Assembly: GCA_002269645.1 (NCBI GenBank)
Contig: NIVC01005036.1
Location: 1 to 28,125 of the forward strand
DNA: 28,125 nucleotides
Direction: 5' to 3'
From: Macrostomum lignano
Lineage: Eukaryota
Positions within the stretch are counted from its first letter, which is position 1. The number at the start of each line of letters is the position of its first letter. Of this stretch, positions 20,441 through 28,125 are shown piece by piece. The notes under the pieces are model-generated. The model searched no databases, was not told the DNA's origin, and saw nothing but the letters and a program-made list of their open reading frames with translations. The position numbers and the translations under genes are program-made.

Positions 20441-21296
20441 TAGATCTAAAAGTGGGTGCCTCCACTTTTTGAGCTGAAGCATCATGGACCTGCTCTCAAT
20501 TAGCTTGAATATTAAGTTGAATTTTTCAGTGGCCAATGGAATTTAGGAACGCAAGAAGAACCGACTCAGATATGCAAGCAAGTGCTGCCCCTATGCATGA
20601 ATATAATGACTATTAGAAGTGCTCTATAGAGTTCTCAGCCCATGTTCGTCAATGGCTCATAAGTGCCCAAACGCACGCAAGGCTACCATTGCACTACCAC
20701 TTGAGGCTTTTATGCAATATCGTCTAGAAAGTGCTCGAGCTCATTCGCTCTTGCCAATTTTACTTTAATCTTTTCTTCGACCCAAGAATTTTCTTGAGTT
20801 TTTGCTTGGCATGCAAATAGAGAGAAAGTTGTGCGTCTTCTATAACTATAAGTACACCCCTCTGTAAGTCTTACTTTCTCTCAAGACCTATCCTTCAAGA
20901 CCTTCTGTTCCCGTCGCCATTTAGCGCATGGCAATTGGCTGCTGGGATCCGTATAGCAGCACAGATGAATTGTAGATATGCATCAGTTTGAAGACTTGCA
21001 TCCCGAGTAGCCCCTGGCCAATCCCATTCCATCTCGAGCGCATATTTATATGCCCTGTAAGAGAAGAGGGGGGCGCAGTGCTAATTTGCATTTGAAGACG
21101 GACTGGAGCAGCAAGCGAACCATTTTTTTCCAAACGTGCAAGCCATGGACGGATCAGCGAGAGTGAGTTTTGCGTCAGCTGTTCTCTACTGAAAGGCTAA
21201 TTAATAGGCAAGGGTATTTTGTCTTTTTTTGCGTAAGCAAGACATTGTCGTTTAAAACAAAGCTTTTTGGGTCGGAGCGTAGCTTTTAAGGTCGAT

Positions 21297-22070
21297 ACTT
21301 CCCAAACTCGAAACTTCCCAAACTCGAAACTTCCCAAACTCGATACCCCCCAAACTCGAAACTTCCCAGACTCGATACCTCCCACAATCGAAACTTCCAA
21401 AACTCGAAACTTCCCAAGCTCGATACCTCCCAAACTTAAAATTTCCCAAACTCGATAACTCACAAGCTCGAAACTTCCCAAACTCGAAACTTCCCAAATT
21501 CGAAACTTCCCAAACTCGAAACTTCCCAAACTCGAAACTTCCCAAACTCGAAACTTCCCAAACTCGAAACTTCCCAAACTCGATACCTCCCAAACTCGAA
21601 ACTTCCCAGACTCGATACCTCCCACAATCGAAACTTCCAAAACTCGAAACTTCCCAAGCTCGATACCTCCCAAACTTAAAATTTCCCAAACTCGATAACT
21701 CACAAGCTCGAAACTTCCCAAACTCGAAACTTCCCAAATTCGAAACTTCCCAAACTCGAAACTTCCCAAACTCGAAACTTCCCAAACTAGAAACTTCCCA
21801 AACTCGAAACTTCCCAAACTCGAAACTTCCCAAACTCGAAACTTCCCAAACTCGAAACTTCCCAAACTCGAAACTTCCCAAACTCGAAACTTCCCAAACT
21901 CGAAACTTCCCAAACTCGAAACTTCCCAAACTCGAAACTTCCCAAACTCGAAACTTCCCAAGCTCGAAACTTCTCAAACTCGAGACTTCCCAAACTCGAT
22001 ACCTTACAAGCTCGAACTTTATCCACTCAAAACATCTCAAGCTCAAAACTTCATAAGCTCGAATTGCAAG
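21297..22070. repeat. 16-bp minisatellite (CTCGAAACTTCCCAAA) with a 240-bp (15-unit) higher-order duplication
   Basis: 21361..21540 is identical to 21601..21780. Confidence 0.97.
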
Positions 22071-22184
22071 TTTTGATCTTGTAAAAGTGACACCTATGGG
22101 TAACCATAGCAACGCTCTCAAACGTTTTCTGTTGTTAATCACGTTTTTCTCTTCCTGCTTCCTGTCACCTCTGCCTCTGCTCAG

Positions 22185-22264
22185 ACTCATCATCTTCCTC
22201 ATCAAATGCGGCTCGGGAAGGAAGCGAACTCAGTCGTCAGCAACGCATCCGAAAGAAACATCCC
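22185..22264 (+). CDS. Candidate small internal exon of the plus-strand gene
   Basis: Strong polypyrimidine acceptor (tttttctcttcctgcttcctgtcacctctgcctctgctcag|) and donor CCC|GTGCGT. The phase 1/0 reading is xSSSSSSNAAREGSELSRQQRIRKKHP. It needs an unidentified phase-0/1 upstream exon. Confidence 0.35.
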
Positions 22265-22539
22265 GTGCGTGACTTGGAATAAAATAGTCGAAATATTCAT
22301 TTCCGTTCGGCATTGATTTGCGCATAAATAGAGCAAAATTATCAGTCATGCGAAATCATTGGCAGCAAGTACTATTATTGCCGATTCCGAAAAACATCAA
22401 GTTTGAAAACGAACTCTGCAGTAAAGAAACAGCAACATATGGTATTATATAATTTACTAGAACAGAAGTGACAAAATTCAAATTTCAAATACCAGAAAAG
22501 ATGAGGGGAGAGGAATGAGAGCTAAGAAGGGATTTCTCT

Positions 22540-23163
22540 TAGAAGAGGAAGGAGCGATGGGAAAGTAAGAGAGGAGAGAGAGGAGAGACGAGAAACGAGA
22601 GAGAAGAAATGAGTGAGGTAGAGAGATGAGAGGAGAAATGAGAGAAAAGAGACGAGAGAGGAGAGAGAAGAGAGGAGATTGAAGAGAGGAGAGAAGAGAG
22701 AGAAGAGACGAGAGAGAAGAGAGAAGAGACGAGAGAGAAGAGAGAAGAGAGGAGAGAAGAGAGAGGAGAGAGGAGAGAGAAAAGAGAATTGAGAATTGAG
22801 GAGAGAGGAGAGAAGAGACAGAAGAGGTAGGAGTGGAGAGCTGGGAGATGAGAGATGAGCGATAGGAGAGGAGAGATGAGAGATGAGAGATAGAAGAGGA
22901 GAGATGAGAGATGAGCGATAGGAGAGGAGAGACGAGAGATGAGAGATAGGAGAGGAGAGATGAGAGATGAGCGATAGGAGAGGAGAGATGAGAGATGAGC
23001 GATAGGAGAGGAGAGATGAGAGATGAGAGATAGGAGAGGAGAGATGAGAGATGAGAGATAGGAGAGGAGAGATGAGAGATGAGAGGTAGGAGAGGAGAGA
23101 TGAGAGATGAGAGATAGGAGAGGAGAGATGAGAGATGAGAGATAGGAGAGGAGAGATGAGAGA
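22540..23163. repeat. Polypurine GA-rich repeat (GAGAGGAGAGATGAGAGATGAGAGATAG ~28-bp unit plus GAAGA microsatellite)
   Basis: Direct reading. Confidence 0.92.
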
Positions 23164-23858
23164 GGCCCGTAAGGCGCCGGGGCCGGTGGAGCAGAATTAG
23201 ATAGACAGGGTACGAGTAGATTTGCATGCTAGTAGATAAGAAAAGATACGAAAGATAAGCAAAAAAAGATAAGAAATGTAAACATTTTCTGTGATTGCAA
23301 ACATTGTCGAGGCAAAAGGGTGACAAAGTACTCCGATTACACCAAGAAATCCAGGGAAAACCGACCCATTTGAGCAGTCTTAATCCTTAGAGAGGGGTGC
23401 GTCGAATCTCAAATCCCTCAAGACGGGGAGCTCAAATCCCCCAGGCTGTCTGGATGCTGTGAGATAAAACGACTCAAGCAGAGCATAGGTGGGCATCATC
23501 GGTACCAGTTATTTATGACTGAATATGAAATATTGCCCGAAACTTTGACCAGCAGCTTCCGTGCTCAACCCAGAATCTGGATTTCCTGCCCAGCCTGCCT
23601 TCGATAATGGGGGGGGGTGGAATGCCGCCGATCCCATTAGCAAATATCCCAAGCTTTTCCTGCTATCGATCAATTTCAGAAATTCAGGGGCCACGCCTGG
23701 CAAAAGGGAAAGATCCCCTAATTATTATTTACTGCCGTTGCAAGTGCAAAATCAATGATAGTAACAATCTCACTAGATTTCCCATAACTCATGTTGATGT
23801 GCTCAGTCTTCAAATTATGATCCCAACTATTTTCCCATGTTTATTGAAATAATATTAG

Positions 23859-24470
23859 TGAACTCAAATCCCACACGAACTCAAATCCCACACAAACTCA
23901 AATACCACACAAACTCAAATCCCACACGAACTCAAATACCACACAAACTCAAATACCACACAAACTCAAATCCCACACAAATTCAAATCCCACACAAACT
24001 AAAATCCCACACGTAATCAAATCCCACACAAACTCAAATCCCACACGTAATCAAATCCCACACGTAATCAAATCCCACACAAACTCAAATCCCACACAAA
24101 CTCAAATCCCACACAAACTCAAATCCCACACAAACTCAAATCCCATACAAACTCAAATCCCACACAAACTCAAATCCCACACGTAATCAAATCCCACACA
24201 AACTCAAATCCCATACAAACTCAAATCCCACACAAACTCAAATCCCACAGGTAATCAAATCCCACACAAACTCAAATCCCACACGAACTCAAATCCCATA
24301 CGAACTAAAATCCCACACGTAATCAAATCCCACACAAACTCAAATCCCACACGTAATTAAATCCCACACAAACTCAAATCCCACACAAACTCAAATCCCA
24401 TACAAACTCAAATCCCGTACAAACTCAAATCCTACACAAACTCAAATCCCACACGAACTCAAATCCCACA
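23859..24470. repeat. 17-bp minisatellite (ACTCAAATCCCACACAA), ~36 copies, ending at a splice acceptor
   Basis: Direct reading. Confidence 0.97.
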
Positions 24471-24478
24471 CACAGCAG

Positions 24479-24693
24479 GGCCATTTGGCTCTCCCAAGTG
24501 GCGGCGGCGGCGCTGGGGGAGGCGGCTGCGAGAGGCGCCACTCGGACCACGCGCTGTACCGCCGGCAGAGTCAGCAGTCCTCGGGGGCGGCCGGGAGTGG
24601 AGGCGGGGGCGCCGGCGGCACTGGCTCCATGTTTCGTAACGTGATCATCAGCACGCCGAGAATTCAGGTCACCCCGAGCGACTCTGCGGCCAA
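24479..24693 (+). CDS. Probable internal exon (Gly/Ser-rich) of the plus-strand gene
   Basis: GC-rich island between two arrays; NAGNAG acceptor cacagcag| and donor AA|GTGAGA. Encodes GHLALPSGGGG...ERRHSDHALYRRQSQQ...MFRNVIISTPRIQVTPSDSAA; phase 0/2, phase-compatible with exon 13004..13357. Confidence 0.55.
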
Positions 24694-24742
24694 GTGAGAA
24701 TAAAGTCTGAATATTTTTACTCATTTGATTTTGCTCCTGAGA

Positions 24743-25714
24743 TAGGATTCTCAAGTCTGAGATGGGATTCTCAAGTCTGAGATGGGACTCTCAAGTCTGA
24801 GATGGGACTCTCAAGTCTGAGATGGGATTCTCAAGTCTGAGATGGTATTCTCAAGTCTGAGATGGTATTCTCAAGTCTGAGATGGGATTCTCAAACCTGA
24901 GATGGTATTCTCAAGTCTGAGATTGGATTCTCAAGTCTGAGATGGGATTCTCAAACCCAAGATGGGATTCTCAAACCCAAGATGGGATTCTTAAGTCTTA
25001 GATGGGATTCTCAAACCTGAGATGGGATTCTCAAGTCTGAGATGGGATTCTCAAACCTGAGATGGTATTCTAAAGTCTGAGATGGGATTCTCAAGTCTGA
25101 GATGGGATTCTCAAGTCTGAGATGGGATTCTCAAGTCTGAGATGGGATTCTCAAACCCAAGATGGGATTCTCAAACCTGAGATGGGATTCTTAAGTCTTA
25201 GATGGGATTCTCAAACCTGAGATGGGATTCTCAAGCCTGAGATGGGATTCTCAAGTCTGAGATGGGATTCTCAAACCTGAGATGGGATTCTCAAGTCTGA
25301 GATGGGATTCTAAAACCCAAGATGAGATTCTCAAACCTGAGATGGGATTCTTAAGTCTTAGATGGGATTCTCAAACTTGAGATGGGATTCTCAAGTCTGA
25401 GATGGTATTCTTAAGTCTGAGATGGGATTCTCAAGTCTGAGATGGCATTCTCAAACCTGAGATGGGATTCTCAAACCTTAGATGGGATTCTCAAACCTGA
25501 GATGGTATTCTCAAGTCCGAGATGGGATTCTCAAGTCTGAGATGGGATTCTCAAGTCTGGGATGGGATTCTCAAGTCTGAGATGGGATTCTCGAGTCTAA
25601 GATGGGATTCTCAAACCTGAGATGGGATTCTTAAGTCTTAGATGGGATTCTCAAACCTGAGATGGGATTCTTAAGTCTTAGATGAGATTCTCAAGTCTGA
25701 GGTGAGATTCTCAG
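24743..25714. repeat. 20-bp minisatellite (GAGATGGGATTCTCAAGTCT), ~48 copies
   Basis: Direct reading; internal TGAGA...TCTCA 5-bp stem. Confidence 0.97.
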
Positions 25715-26087
25715 ACAGAGGCCAGACATCCGTGAGCAGTTCTCATCAGTGCATCCAGTAATTTATTGAAAATGATGTTGCGTGACGCAATATGGATCTG
25801 GGCTTCGGCTGCAATTTGAGCTCACTCGGGCAACAGCTGCCGCAGCAGGGCCGGTTTCTAGGGCCTGTTTCCTATAATTACCCTCAACTGTCCTCCCCAA
25901 CGAAGCACAAATCCAGCTGCGTCTTGGAGAAATTTCCAGAGCTGTCCCTGACGCTGCCTTGCTTGACTTCGCCTGACATTACAGTAATATACAAGGCTTG
26001 TTTTGCAGCCTGCTATTTACATGTAGCTGCAGATTTACATTGAAACGGAGAGACAACTTGCTGACTTCACTTCTATGTGCATGCAGC

Positions 26088-27087
26088 CTCCCTCTGTCTG
26101 TCCCTGACTGTCTCCCTCTCATTCTCCCTCTCTGTCTTCCTCTCTGTCTCCCTCTCTGTCTCCCTCTCTGTCTCCCTCTCATTCTCCCTCTCTGTCTCCC
26201 TCTCATTCTTCCTCTCTGTCTCCCTCTCTGGCACCCTCTCTGTCTCCCTCTCATTCTCCCTCTCTGTCTCCCTCTCATTCTCCCTCTCTGTCTCCCTCTC
26301 ATTCTCCCTCTCTGTCTCCCTCTCATTCTCCCTCTCTGTCTCCCTCTCATTCTCCCTCTCTGTCTCCCTCTCATTCTCCCTCTCTGTCTCCCTCTCATTC
26401 TCCCTCTCTGTCTCCCTCTCTGTCTCCCTCTCATTCTCCCTCTCTGTCTCCCTCTCATTCTCCCTCTCTGTCTCCCTCTCATTCTCCCTCTCTGTCTCCC
26501 TCTCTGTCTTCCTCTCTGGCACCCTCTCTGTCTCCCTCTCACTCTCCCTCTCTGTCTTCCTCTCTGTCTCCCTCTCTGTCTCCCTCTCACTCTCCCTCTC
26601 TGTCTCCCTCTCTGTCTCCCTCTCTGGCACCCTCTCTGTCTCCCTCTCACTCTCCCTCTCTGTCTTCCTCTCTGGCACCCTCTCTGTCTCCCTCTCACTC
26701 TCCCTCTCTGTCTCCCTCTCTGTCTCCCTCTCTGGCACCCTCTCTGTCTCCCTCTCATTCTCCCTCTCTGTCTCCCTCTCTGTCTCCCTCTCTGGCACCC
26801 TCTCTGTCTCCCTCTCTGGCACCCTCTCTGTCTCCCTCTCTGGCACCCTCTCTGTCTCCCTCTCTGGCACCCTCTCTGTCTCCCTCTCTGGCACCCTCTC
26901 TGTCTCCCTCTCACTCTCCCTCTCTGTCTCCCTCTCACTCTCCCTCTCTGTCTCCCTCTCTGGCTTCCTCTCTGTCTCCCTCTCTGGCACCCTCACTGTC
27001 TCCATCTCACTCTCCCTCTCTGTCTCCCTCTCTGTCTCCCTCTCACTCTCCCTCTCTGTCTCCCTCTCTGTCTTTCACTGTGTCTCC

Positions 27088-27149
<62 letters not shown>

Positions 27150-27150
27150 A
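26088..27150. repeat. 12-bp polypyrimidine minisatellite (CTCTCTGTCTCC) ending in (CT)n
   Basis: Direct reading. Confidence 0.97.
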
Positions 27151-27314
27151 TTTTATTAGAGGCAGGGGGGTTGTGTGCACCCTGGCGCACTTTAAGCGAC
27201 ATAGGCACACAACCGGCGAGAGGCATTACTGCCCATTCCGCCGACTCCCCTGAGCAGGCATACAAGCGCGCGGATACGTACGCAGGCACACACTCACACA
27301 GGAGTGTACAGTGA

Positions 27315-27510
27315 TATATGATATTATATTTATATTATCGCAGTGAAGTACACTTCACTGCGCTTTGGGGGGTTGGCTCTCAAGGCCGTTAATTGCACGA
27401 GCAGAGCCAAGCCGAGATTCCAATTCAGCCCCAAATTAATGTGACTGCACTTGGAATCGAACCTGGGTCGCTGGCACACCAGAGCCTGCGCTAGACCGCT
27501 GGGCTACGGC
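27315..27510 (-). mobile_element. tRNA-derived SINE with a 3' stem-loop and AT-rich tail
   Basis: Minus strand: A box GTAGCCCAGCGGTCTAG (27507..27491), B box GGTTCGATTCC (27463..27453), no closable acceptor stem; 10-bp hairpin at 27339..27362, then ATAATATAAAT tail. Confidence 0.65.
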
Positions 27511-27514
27511 CCCC

Positions 27515-27517
27515 CTC

Positions 27518-27577
<60 letters not shown>

Positions 27578-27690
27578 ATCTCTCTCTATCTCTATCTCTC
27601 TCTCCTCTTTTTCACTGTGTCCCGTTCTCTCTGTCACCCTCTGGCTGTCTTTCACTGGGTCTCCCTCTCTGCCTCCCTCCCTGTGTCCTT
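27515..27690. repeat. (CT)n microsatellite with a degenerate CTCTCTGTC continuation
   Basis: Direct reading. Confidence 0.9.
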
Positions 27691-28125
27691 GTCTATGCCT
27701 CTTTTTCAAATCTGTCCTCTCCATTTCCAGTGCATTCCTGCGGTGCCGGGCCGCAGTCTCCGCAGACAGCGACAATATACAGAAAGCCCCAATCCAGCTA
27801 GCCAGAAATGTTAATAAAACATACCCAATTGATTCGCGCCGCGGCGTCGCCGGACAGACAGGCGACTCTCTGGCCGGAATACTTGCGCCCGAGGCAATTC
27901 ACTAACCCCCCCTCCAGCCTGCAGTGCATCGATAAGTCGGAAGCAAAAGTCGGGAAGGGAAAATGTTAAATGTTCTGAACCCTCGGCCCCGTCCTCTTCT
28001 CTTTTCTCTCTCGCTATAGAGGCCTGCAGTGAAACTGTGGCTATAAAATGCAGTGAAACAGCGCGCAATTTATTTTGCAGCAAAAGTTAGCAACTGCTTT
28101 TATACTTCTACATAAAGCCTTGCAC

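Noticed and set aside
25715-26043. Unique sequence after the 20-mer array (83-aa ORF; minus-strand QLWKFLQD reminiscent of ETS) as the next exon
   Set aside because: Several frames are equally plausible, no splice pair could be fixed, and the ETS similarity does not extend
27440-27510. Intact tRNA gene
   Set aside because: A and B boxes are present but the acceptor, anticodon and T stems do not pair properly; interpreted as a SINE head

Overview
Eukaryotic (invertebrate animal) genomic DNA; roughly 40% of the window is mini/microsatellite. GC-rich exons alternating with short-period arrays suggest a Macrostomum-like flatworm, but that is inference only. Contents: (1) A five-exon minus-strand gene (8494->2519, ~624 aa, all junctions phase 0) encoding a coiled-coil protein with both conserved blocks of the C10orf67/DUF4709 family. 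(2) An SH3-SH2-kinase Src-family gene with an uninterrupted CDS (5297..6799, +), nested antisense in intron 2 of that gene. It keeps the catalytic residues but lacks Gly2, the W260 linker Trp and the C-terminal inhibitory Tyr. (3) A probable second, divergently transcribed plus-strand gene (exons ~13004..13357, possibly 22185..22264, and 24479..24693) of unknown function with an N-terminal 9-Cys string. (4) Mobile-element pieces: a mariner 3' end, a 681-bp hAT-like MITE inserted into a CORE-type tRNA-SINE with a degenerate 8-bp TSD, a second tRNA-SINE, and a possible LINE scrap. (5) About 20 distinct tandem arrays, many abutting splice sites and several sharing a GGCGCC core. Nearly all long ORFs in the supplied track outside these genes are repeat or antisense artefacts. 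No CRISPR array, rRNA or intact tRNA was found.
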